64,000 bases of DNA from an uncultured Gemmatimonadales bacterium (GTDB lineage Bacteria; Gemmatimonadota; Gemmatimonadetes; Gemmatimonadales; GWC2-71-9), in the NCBI GenBank assembly GCA_963730185.1, contig CAVSQW010000008.1, positions 256,001 through 320,000 on the forward strand, given 5' to 3'. Below are positions 29,569 through 37,567 of the stretch, one piece after another (position 1 is the stretch's first letter; each line of letters begins with the position of its first letter). Under the pieces are notes generated by a model that was given only the letters and a program-made list of their open reading frames with translations, ran no database searches and was not told the DNA's origin. The translations under genes and the position numbers were made by a program.

Positions 29569-32013
29569 CTACTCGCGCCGGACCGCGGCGAGGGGCTCGA
29601 TCCGGGTCGCCCGGAGGCCCGGTCCCAGGGTGGCGACCAGGGCGACCGCGGCGAGCAGGAGCGGAACCGTCACGAAGGTGATCGGATCGGTCGCCGAGAC
29701 GCCCCAGAGCATCGCGGTCATGAGCCGGCCCAGGGCGAGCGCGCCGAGCAGGCCCGCGGCGGCCCCGCCGAGGGCGACTGCCACCCCGCGTCCGACGACC
29801 AGGCGCAGGACCTCCCGCCGCCCAGCACCGAGGGCCATCCGGATCCCGATTTCGCGAGTGCGGCGGGCCACCGCATGGCTCATCACGCCGTAGATGCCGA
29901 CCGCGGCGAGGACCACGGCCACGGCGGCGAAGGTCGCCAGCAACACCAGGTAGAACCGCGGCTCCGCGTTGGCCTGGCCCACCACCTCCTCGAGGCTCCG
30001 AACACTGGAGACGGGCACCCCGCGATCGATCGACGCCAGCACCTGGCGCACGGTCGCCTCCACGCCGTCGGGCGGGGAGGGGGAGCGGACCACCAGTGAC
30101 ACGAAGGAGAAGGCCGGGCCGCCGCCCGTGAGATAGAGGTCGGTCTGGAGCAGGGGGAGATAGACCGCCGGGCGGATGGGCGAGGCCCAGTCGCCCTGCA
30201 CCTCGTCGTGACTCACCCCCACGACGGTACGCCAATGATCGGCCGAGCCGCCGACGGCCAGCCGTTTGCCGATCGGGCTCTCGCCCGGCCATTCGCGCTC
30301 GGCCAGAGTCCGGTTCACGATGACCACGCCGGGTGTGTCGGCCTGGTCGGCCCAGGCCACGTCGCGGCCCTCGACCACGGGCAGTCGCATGGTCGCGAAA
30401 TAGCCGGGGAGCACCGCCCGGAACACCGCCGTCGACTCGTTGCCGGGCGCGGCGTCGGGCCGGCCCTCGATCCGATAGGGGAAGCCCCAGACGTCTCCGG
30501 CGATCGGCAGATGGTTGATGCCGCCGACCGCGTCGACGCCCGGCGCCTGACCCAGGCGGTCCAGGAGCTCGCGGTAGAACGTGGCCCGTCGTCCCGGCTG
30601 GCCCGACTCGGTGCCGGCCACGGAGACGATCATGCCGGTCACCCCGCGGGGGTCGAAGCCGGGGTCGATGGCCCGGAGCGCGGCGAAGGTCCGGATGGCG
30701 AGCCCGGCGCCGATCAGGAGGATCACCGCCAGGGCGAACTCCGAGGCGACCAGCAGGTCCTGGGTCCGATGGTGGCGGGCGGTCCCCGTGCCGGCCCGGC
30801 TGGCGCCCGCCTTGAGGGTCTCGGACACTCCCACGTCGGCGGTGGTCAGGGCGGGAAGGAGGCCGAAGCCGAGCCCCGTGAGGAGCGACATTGCCACCGT
30901 GAAGAGCAAGACCGGTCCGTCGAGGGTAACCCCCGCCAGGCGGGGGATCGACGCCGGCCCGAGCCCGATCAGAAGGCGGACCGCCCCGGCGGCGAGGAGC
31001 AGCCCGACGGCGCCGCCCAGCCCGGCCAGCAGCGCGCTCTCGGTAAGCAGCTGCCGGACCAGGCGGCCCCGACTCGCCCCCAGTGCGCTGCGGACGGCCA
31101 GCTCCTGCCGGCGGGCGGCCGCCCGGGCCAGCAGGAGGTGGGCGACGTTGGCGCAGGCGATCAGGAGAACGAATCCCACGGCCGCGGCCAGGATCCAGAG
31201 CGCCGGCCGGACGCCGCTCACGACCCGGTCGGTCAGTCCCACCACTCGCACATCGCGATTGGTGCCGGGGTAGGCGGCCTCCAGCCGTCGGGTGATCGTG
31301 GTGATCTCCGCCTGGGCCCGCTCGAGCGAGACCCCGGGGGCGAGCCGGGCGAACGCGCGGAGACTGTTGCCCCCGCGATCCGTCGCCCTGGGCGCCAGGG
31401 GGAGCGGTGTCCAGATCTCGGTGCCGGTGGCCCAGAAGGGCGGGAAGCGGAAGTCGGGCCCCATGACCCCGACCACGGTGTACGGTACCCCGTCCAGCTG
31501 AACGGTTCGCCCCACGATCTCAGGGGCGGCGCCGAAGTTCCGGACCCAGAGTGAGTGGGCCAGGATGACCTCGTGCTCCCGGCCGGGCTCGCCTTCGTCC
31601 GCCCGGAACAGCCGGCCGAGGGCGGGCCGGACGCCGAGCAGGCCGAAGAGATCGGCCGTAACCCGGAGCCCCGAGACCCGCTCCGGCCGTTCCGCGCCCG
31701 CCAGGGTGGCCGCCCAGAGCTCGGCCGCCCCGACGCCCGAGAACGAGGTCGCCTCGCGACGCCAGTCGAGGAGGTTGGCGGCGCTCACCGGGTCGGTCCC
31801 ATGATGCAGCACCACCGCCAGGCGCTCGGGCTGGTCGTAGGGGAGGGGGCGCAGCAGAACCGCGTCGACGACGCTGAAGATGGCGGTGTTGGCGCCGATG
31901 CCGAGCCCGAGGGCGATGACTGCCAGGACGGTGAAGCCGGGGCTCCGGCGGATCAGACGAAGGCTCAGGCGGACGTCGTCGACCAGGCCGGGGAGCCGGG
32001 GTGGTCGGAGCAT
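29569..32013 (-). CDS. Duplicated orphan ABC permease (ADOP family)
   Basis: LGLGIGANTAIFSVV, LLIACANVAHLLLAR, RTREIGIRMALGA; two MacB-PCD/FtsX repeats. Confidence 0.92.
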   Translation of the reverse strand: MLRPPRLPGLVDDVRLSLRLIRRSPGFTVLAVIALGLGIGANTAIFSVVDAVLLRPLPYDQPERLAVVLHHGTDPVSAANLLDWRREATSFSGVGAAELWAATLAGAERPERVSGLRVTADLFGLLGVRPALGRLFRADEGEPGREHEVILAHSLWVRNFGAAPEIVGRTVQLDGVPYTVVGVMGPDFRFPPFWATGTEIWTPLPLAPRATDRGGNSLRAFARLAPGVSLERAQAEITTITRRLEAAYPGTNRDVRVVGLTDRVVSGVRPALWILAAAVGFVLLIACANVAHLLLARAAARRQELAVRSALGASRGRLVRQLLTESALLAGLGGAVGLLLAAGAVRLLIGLGPASIPRLAGVTLDGPVLLFTVAMSLLTGLGFGLLPALTTADVGVSETLKAGASRAGTGTARHHRTQDLLVASEFALAVILLIGAGLAIRTFAALRAIDPGFDPRGVTGMIVSVAGTESGQPGRRATFYRELLDRLGQAPGVDAVGGINHLPIAGDVWGFPYRIEGRPDAAPGNESTAVFRAVLPGYFATMRLPVVEGRDVAWADQADTPGVVIVNRTLAEREWPGESPIGKRLAVGGSADHWRTVVGVSHDEVQGDWASPIRPAVYLPLLQTDLYLTGGGPAFSFVSLVVRSPSPPDGVEATVRQVLASIDRGVPVSSVRSLEEVVGQANAEPRFYLVLLATFAAVAVVLAAVGIYGVMSHAVARRTREIGIRMALGAGRREVLRLVVGRGVAVALGGAAAGLLGALALGRLMTAMLWGVSATDPITFVTVPLLLAAVALVATLGPGLRATRIEPLAAVRRE

Positions 32014-32211
32014 GTGATCTCCGGGTGCGAGAAGAGCGGACTCGGCGATCGGTTGGACAGGCGACGGTCCCGAACCGTTGCGTGCCTGACCTGCGACGGT
32101 GACGTCCCCGGGGCTCTTTCGCCCGAGGGCGACCCCGGCTCGGGGTGGGCCGCCGCGTGGGAGCGGGACTGGACGGAACGGCCCCGCAGCGCTGGGCGGC
32201 GGGACCCGGGG

Positions 32212-32628
32212 TCAGGCGATCCGGCGGTGGGGTTGGGCCAGGGGCTCGAGCCCGGCGATGGCCGCCCCGGCCCGAGATGGTTCCGGAAGCCGGCCGTTCG
32301 GGGTCAGGAGATCGACGACCAGGGGGAGGAGGTGGGCGAGCTGGCTCGCCACCCGCTCGGGTGGCTGAGCGGTCCGGATGGCCAGGGCGCGGATTTGTGG
32401 TCCCAGCGCCAGAGTGAGCTGGGCCGCCGTGAGCGGCTGATTGGCACCGCGACCCACCCAGCTGACCACGGCCTCGTGGTAGCCGCGGTTCCGGAGCCGC
32501 TGGAGCACGCCGTGCAGCCCCGGGGTGGTGGGGTCGCTCAAAAAGCTCAACAGATCGCCCAGCATGGGCGACTGACTGCGATCGAGGAGTTGGGAGACTT
32601 CGGTGGTGACGCGGTCGATGATGCCCAT
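32212..32628 (-). CDS. YidB / DUF937 family protein (alternative start 32655)
   Basis: VVSWVGRGANQPL, LAHLLPLVVDLLTPNGRLP. Confidence 0.82.
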   Translation of the reverse strand: MGIIDRVTTEVSQLLDRSQSPMLGDLLSFLSDPTTPGLHGVLQRLRNRGYHEAVVSWVGRGANQPLTAAQLTLALGPQIRALAIRTAQPPERVASQLAHLLPLVVDLLTPNGRLPEPSRAGAAIAGLEPLAQPHRRIA

Positions 32629-32767
32629 CGAGTCGGGGCTCCAGTTATGAGACATGGCGGTCGGCACCGCCGACCGCCATCGCAAACTGGGACTCGAAGG
32701 CTTAACCTCCGATGAACGTTGGTTCGCCGGGCGCCGCGCGCGCGATGCCCGGAGCGGCTCGCGGCTC

Positions 32768-33079
32768 TTACTTCCCGCGCGCCCTGGTCTTCCCGCGGGC
32801 CCGCGTCTTCGACGCGGCCGCCTTGACCCGACCTTTGCTGGTGGCGCGCGACTTGGTCGCCGCCTTCTTCGACTTGGGTTTGGCCTTCGTGTCCGGCGTC
32901 TTCAACCAGCGAAGGGCAGCACGGCGCGCTTTCTCGGAGCCACCATAGATGGCGTCGGAGAACAGCTTGCTGCGGAAGCGTCGGCTCTTCGTGGCCGGAT
33001 TGGTCTTCCCGTACGGGATCCGAGCCTGCCACCCCTTCGTTTTCGACTCTTTCGAGCGAATTCGGACGACCCAGCCCAA
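32768..33079 (-). CDS. Small basic protein: AP2-like DNA-binding domain plus Lys/Ala/Arg-rich histone-H1-like tail
   Basis: AGGAGG followed by TTG at 33079; GWQARI...RSKLFSDAIYGGSEKARRAALRW; tail KAKPKSKKAATKSRATSK...RARGK. Confidence 0.7.
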   Translation of the reverse strand: MGWVVRIRSKESKTKGWQARIPYGKTNPATKSRRFRSKLFSDAIYGGSEKARRAALRWLKTPDTKAKPKSKKAATKSRATSKGRVKAAASKTRARGKTRARGK

Positions 33080-33417
33080 AGCGACCTCCTGCGTCAAGAG
33101 TTTCGGGAACGGAAGTTACCGGATTATGGGCACGACGGACCACTTACACAAGATCCCCCGGCGGATTGGGCCGGGTCAGGAGGTCACTCGCCCCCGATCG
33201 GGGACGTGGCCCGGTGGCGGTTCACGGGCTCCGTCGGGTTGGGGATCCGGGCCATGCACCGGACCTCGGCACCCTCGACCGGGGGAGCGCGGAACCGTTC
33301 CGCGAGGCCGGAAGCGACTGCGGTGAAGGGAATAACCCGAAGTTGTGGGAGGACCGCGCACGGTTCGTGAAGGCCGGGTCACGCCGGGCCGCGATGCGCT
33401 CCGGCCGGGTCGGGTTC

Positions 33418-33457
33418 ACAAAGAGAGCCGCCTCCCCGGGTGCGAGGAGGCGGCTCT
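33418..33457 (-). terminator. Intrinsic terminator of the putative sRNA
   Basis: Perfect 12-bp stem 33424-33435/33446-33457, extended to 15 bp by a G-U pair only on the minus strand, followed by CUUUGU. Confidence 0.7.
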
Positions 33458-33596
33458 AAAGTGCGAGGGCGTTTGGATCGGGCGACGCACCCTCACATGA
33501 TGGCCCGCGTCGTCGGGCCGGTGGTGTAGGGAGCATCTCAGGACGAGACGCTCGGTGGGGGGACGAAGGTTGCTACATGGGGGGACCTCCGTCCGT
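33418..33596 (-). ncRNA. Putative sigma54-dependent small RNA (~180 nt)
   Basis: Bounded by a -24/-12 promoter and a terminator; four hairpins; only a SD-AUG-UAG minigene and an RBS-less 26-codon frame inside. Confidence 0.6.
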
Positions 33597-33607
33597 CGCG
33601 GGATAGG

Positions 33608-33622
33608 GCAACCTCGGTGCCG
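33608..33622 (-). promoter_or_regulatory. Sigma54 (-24/-12) promoter
   Basis: Minus strand CGGCAC-CGAGG-TTGC versus consensus TGGCAC-N5-TTGC with exact GG/GC spacing; predicted +1 is an A at 33596. Confidence 0.75.
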
Positions 33623-33695
33623 GAACGGGCTCGTCCGATGGTGGACTCTGTAACGCTAGGAAAGGTATGATGTTACGAGGCAGGGCCCGGGCCGG

Positions 33696-33769
33696 TGTCC
33701 CGGGCGTTGAGGGCGAGGATCAGGGACAGAGTGTCCCGGCCGGTCGAAGCGGCCCTGACAACGTGTCCC
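33696..33769. promoter_or_regulatory. Putative enhancer (UAS) sites for an NtrC-family activator
   Basis: GGGACA-gag-TGTCCC (33723-33737), CTGACA-acg-TGTCCC (33755-33769), half site TGTCCC (33696-33701). Confidence 0.6.
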
Positions 33770-33847
33770 GATGTATCTTGACCGACAGTCGATCGCGCTG
33801 GCGACGGTGACCATCGGGGACACCGTCCGCCCCGCGGGAGGGATACG

Positions 33848-35323
33848 GTGAGTCTCGCTCAGCGTCTGGCGTTGCTGGCGGCCACGCTCGCCGTCGTGCT
33901 GGTGGCCGGCACGACGGAGCTCGAGCTGAGATGGACGGCGGCGTCTCGGATGAACGACCTTCGGCGGGAATCGGAGGCGCTCGCCGAGACCTGGGCGATC
34001 TACCTCACTCGGCTCTCGCCGACCATGCATCCCGACACGCTGGCTCGGGCGCTGACCAACTGGCCGAGCCAGCACGTGACGGTCACCTCGGCGGAGCTGT
34101 TCGCGGTCGATCGGCGGGGGCGGCTCAGCTGGGTGGCCGGCAGCGACTCCACCCCGGACGTCCCGATGCCCCAGGACAGTCTGGCGGCGGTCACGCGAAC
34201 CCGGCAGGTCTGGCGGTTGCCCGATCCCGAGCCGACCTGGCAGGTGGCGGTGCCGTTGGGCACGCCGGGCGCGCGGGCCGTGCTTCACATCGAAGTCTCC
34301 ACCCGGGCGCTCCTGGCGCAAGCGCGGGTGGAGCGTCAGCGGGCCTACGCGCTGGCGGCCGCGGTGGCGGCGTTGCTGGCCCTCGCGTTCTGGTGGATCA
34401 CCCGACACTGGATCGGCCGCCCGTTCGCGCGTCTCGAGGCCGCGATGCAGCGGACCCAGCAGCAGGGCCCGGGAGGCGCGGCGCTCACGTTGGACGATAT
34501 CGGTCCGACGGAGTTCCGGCGGCTGGCGCGCCGTTACGCCGAGGTGGAGTCGGCGCTCGCGCTGCGGGAGCAGGAGGCACAGGCTCGAGCCGAGCTCCAG
34601 GCGTTGGACGAACGGGCCAGAACGCTGGAGCGGCTGACCCTGGCGCAGCAGGCGGAGGCCGAGTTCGCGCACGAGATCGGCACTCCGCTGAATACGGTGA
34701 GCGGCCACCTGCAGCTCTTGCGGGAGGATCTGGCCGGCGCGGACGACACCGACCGGACCATCCCGCGGGTGGAGGCGGTGCTCGAGCAGGTGCGCCGGCT
34801 GAGTGGGATCGTCCGGGCCAAGCTCGACCAGGGCGGCCTACTCCAACTCGATCCCCATCCGACCGACGTGCGGGTCGTGGCCCGCCGGTCGCTCGACTTC
34901 ATGCGACCGGCGATGGAGAAGAGCCGGATCGCCGGCGCCGTGGACGGGGGCGACGATGGTTCGGTCGTGGCCACGGCGGACCCGGGGCTGGTGGAGCAGA
35001 TTCTCCTCAACTTGATCAAGAACGCGGTGGAGGCGATGCCGGGTGGAGGCCAGGTGCGGATTCGAGCCGGCCAAACCAACGGTCAGGTGACGCTCGAGGT
35101 GGCGGACAGCGGCCCGGGGCTTGCCGACGCGGTCCGGGGCTCCCTCTTTCAACCGTTCGCCAGTACCAAGGGTGTGGCCGGCACCGGTCTCGGCCTGGTG
35201 GTGAGCCGGCGGTTGGCCCGCGCGATGGGGGGTGAGCTCGAGCTTCGGCCGAGCGAGCGGGGCGCTTGCTGGCGTCTCACCCTGCCGGGCCTCGCTACCA
35301 ACGGCCGGGAGCCGGCGCGATGA
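33848..35323 (+). CDS. Membrane sensor histidine kinase (2 TM, HAMP)
   Basis: RBS GGAGG; FAHEIGTPLN, NLIKNAVEAM, DSGPG, GTGLGL. Confidence 0.92.
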   Translation: MSLAQRLALLAATLAVVLVAGTTELELRWTAASRMNDLRRESEALAETWAIYLTRLSPTMHPDTLARALTNWPSQHVTVTSAELFAVDRRGRLSWVAGSDSTPDVPMPQDSLAAVTRTRQVWRLPDPEPTWQVAVPLGTPGARAVLHIEVSTRALLAQARVERQRAYALAAAVAALLALAFWWITRHWIGRPFARLEAAMQRTQQQGPGGAALTLDDIGPTEFRRLARRYAEVESALALREQEAQARAELQALDERARTLERLTLAQQAEAEFAHEIGTPLNTVSGHLQLLREDLAGADDTDRTIPRVEAVLEQVRRLSGIVRAKLDQGGLLQLDPHPTDVRVVARRSLDFMRPAMEKSRIAGAVDGGDDGSVVATADPGLVEQILLNLIKNAVEAMPGGGQVRIRAGQTNGQVTLEVADSGPGLADAVRGSLFQPFASTKGVAGTGLGLVVSRRLARAMGGELELRPSERGACWRLTLPGLATNGREPAR

Positions 35324-36735
35324 CGGCCCGCTCGCCGGCTCGGCTGCTGGTGGTGGACGACGACTCGGCCGCGGTGGGCCTCCTCGCCGAGGTGTTCGAC
35401 CGCGAGGGGTTCAAGACCCACTCGGCCACCTCGGTGCAGGGCGCGCTGGAGCAGCTTCGAACGGTGGGCGCGTTCGATCTGGTGCTGACCGACCTCCGGA
35501 TGCCGGGCGGGTCGGGTCTCGACCTGTTGAAGGTGATCTGCGATCGGTATCCCCAGACGATCGTGATCGTGCTGACCGCCTTTGGCGACACCGCCACCGC
35601 CGCCGAGGCGATCCGGGCGGGGGCGCACGACTTCATCAGCAAGCCCTACGACATCGAGGAGCTCCGGCGGATGATCGCCCGGGCCCTGGACCGCCGCGAC
35701 CATCCCGCCGTGGCGGCGGACCCTGCCGGTGGCGGCGCCGCGCCGAGCCCGGAACAGATGGTGGGCCGAAGCCCGGGGATGATCGAGGTGATGAAGACGA
35801 TCGCGCGGGTGGCGCCGTCGCAGGCGTCGATCCTGATCTTCGGCGAGACCGGCACCGGAAAGGAGCTGGTGGCCCGCACGGTGCACCAATTCTCGGATCG
35901 GTCCAAGAACAAGTTCGTGGGAGTGAATTGCTCGGCGCTCGCCGAGGGGCTGCTCGAGAGCGAGCTGTTCGGCCACGTGAAGGGCGCCTTCACCGGCGCC
36001 GTGTCGGCTCGGCCCGGTCTCATTCGGGAGGCCGAAGGCGGAACGCTCTTTCTCGACGAGGTGGGCGACATCTCCGCCGCGCTCCAGGCCCGGCTGCTCC
36101 GGACCTTGCAGGAGAAAGAGGTGCTGCCGGTCGGGTCGGAGACACCGGTCCCGGTGGACGTCAGGGTGGTCGCGGCCACCCACCGCGATCTGAGCGCCAT
36201 GGTCCGGGACGGCAGGTTCCGCGAGGACCTCTACTATCGGCTCAACGTGGTGACGATCACCCTGCCGCCGCTCCGGGACCGGCGGCAGGACATCCCGCTC
36301 CTGATCGATCACTTCCTTCAGCTGCTGGCCGAGAAGCACGGGCGGGGGCCGGTGGGCCTCGACCGGGAGGCGCAGGCGGCCCTTCTGGCCTACGACTGGC
36401 CGGGCAACGTCCGCCAGCTGGTGAACGTCCTGGAGCGGGCCCTCGTGGTCGCTGCGCAGGACGTGATCGGGCCCGAGCACCTGCCGGGGGAGATCCGGGG
36501 CGGAGAGCGGCGCGAGCTGACCGAGCAGACCGCGCAGCAGGGGGGCGTGCGGATGGTTCCCTTGGCGCAGGTCGAGCGGGAGCACGTGTTGGCGGTGCTC
36601 GAGGCATCGGGCGGGAATCGCGAGCGCGCCGCCCGCACCCTCCGGATTTCGCGGCGGACGCTCACTCGGATGCTTCAGCGCTGGGGGATGATCGGTGCCG
36701 GCGCCGACCCCGGCGGGGACGACGAGCGCGGCTGA
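35320..36735 (+). CDS. Sigma54-dependent response regulator (NtrC/AtoC family)
   Basis: REC (VVDDD, TDLRMPG); GETGTGKE, ESELFGHVKGAFTGA, FLDEVG, FREDLYYRLN, WPGNVR; Fis-type HTH. Confidence 0.96.
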   Translation: MTARSPARLLVVDDDSAAVGLLAEVFDREGFKTHSATSVQGALEQLRTVGAFDLVLTDLRMPGGSGLDLLKVICDRYPQTIVIVLTAFGDTATAAEAIRAGAHDFISKPYDIEELRRMIARALDRRDHPAVAADPAGGGAAPSPEQMVGRSPGMIEVMKTIARVAPSQASILIFGETGTGKELVARTVHQFSDRSKNKFVGVNCSALAEGLLESELFGHVKGAFTGAVSARPGLIREAEGGTLFLDEVGDISAALQARLLRTLQEKEVLPVGSETPVPVDVRVVAATHRDLSAMVRDGRFREDLYYRLNVVTITLPPLRDRRQDIPLLIDHFLQLLAEKHGRGPVGLDREAQAALLAYDWPGNVRQLVNVLERALVVAAQDVIGPEHLPGEIRGGERRELTEQTAQQGGVRMVPLAQVEREHVLAVLEASGGNRERAARTLRISRRTLTRMLQRWGMIGAGADPGGDDERG

Positions 36736-36777
36736 TCGCTTGACCCCGGCGGTTGGGCGGGCGATCGTCCCCCGGCA

Positions 36778-37545
36778 GTGACCCCCACTTCGTTGCTCCT
36801 GGCCACGCTGGCGGCCGCCCTCGGCAGCGCGATCAACTCGATCGCCGGCGGCGGCACCTTGGTCACCTTTCCCATGATCGTGGCGTTGGGCGTCAACCCG
36901 CTGGTGGCCAACGCCACCAGCACGGTGGCGCTCTGGCCGGGCGCGGTCGGCTCGCTTTGGGGCTACCGGCGCGAGCTTCGGGGTGGGCGCGCCTGGGTCG
37001 TTGGGTTCGCGGTGCCGAGTCTGGTCGGTGGGGCGCTCGGGGCGTTGCTGCTGTTGGCCACCGGCGCCGAGCGGTTCGCCCGGATCGTGCCGTTCCTGGT
37101 GCTGGGCGCGACCGTGTTGTTCATGCTCCACGGACCGTTGATCCGCTGGCTTCGGGGCGCCGGCGCCGGCCGCCCCGCGCCGGCGGCGCCGCCCTGGGGT
37201 TTCGTGGTGGCGCAGGTGGCCGTGGGCACCTATGGCGGGTTCTTCGGGGCGGGCGCGGGGATCCTGATGCTGGCGGTGCTCGGTCTGGTCGGGCTCACCA
37301 ACATCCATCAGATGAACGGGCTCAAGAACTGGGGCGGGCTCTGCATCAACCTCGTCGCCGCGGTGCTGTTCGGCGCGAACGGCATCGTGCTCTGGCCCCT
37401 GGCGCTGGCGATGACGGTCGGGAGCCTGGTCGGCGGGTACGGCGGGGCCCGGCTGGCGCAGCGGGTCGGGCAGACGATGGTCCGGCGCGCGGTGGTGGTG
37501 ATCGGGCTCGCCGCGTTCGTGTGGCTCCTGACCCGACCGGTTTGA
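36778..37545 (+). CDS. Sulfite exporter TauE/SafE family protein
   Basis: INSIAGGGTLVTFP, ANATSTVALWPG, YGGFFGAGAGILML. Confidence 0.92.
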   Translation: MTPTSLLLATLAAALGSAINSIAGGGTLVTFPMIVALGVNPLVANATSTVALWPGAVGSLWGYRRELRGGRAWVVGFAVPSLVGGALGALLLLATGAERFARIVPFLVLGATVLFMLHGPLIRWLRGAGAGRPAPAAPPWGFVVAQVAVGTYGGFFGAGAGILMLAVLGLVGLTNIHQMNGLKNWGGLCINLVAAVLFGANGIVLWPLALAMTVGSLVGGYGGARLAQRVGQTMVRRAVVVIGLAAFVWLLTRPV

Positions 37546-37567
37546 TCGGGTCCGGTCGCGGTCTCCG

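Noticed and set aside
33456..33536. 26-codon minus-strand ORF MLPTPPARRRGPSCEGASPDPNALAL inside the putative sRNA, and a second AUG-UGA at 33498-33493
   Set aside because: Neither has an SD, and both lie in hairpin-forming sequence; likely chance, though not excluded without Ribo-seq
33418..33596. CsrA/RsmA-sponge interpretation of the sRNA
   Set aside because: Only a few GGA motifs, mostly in stems rather than repeated in loops
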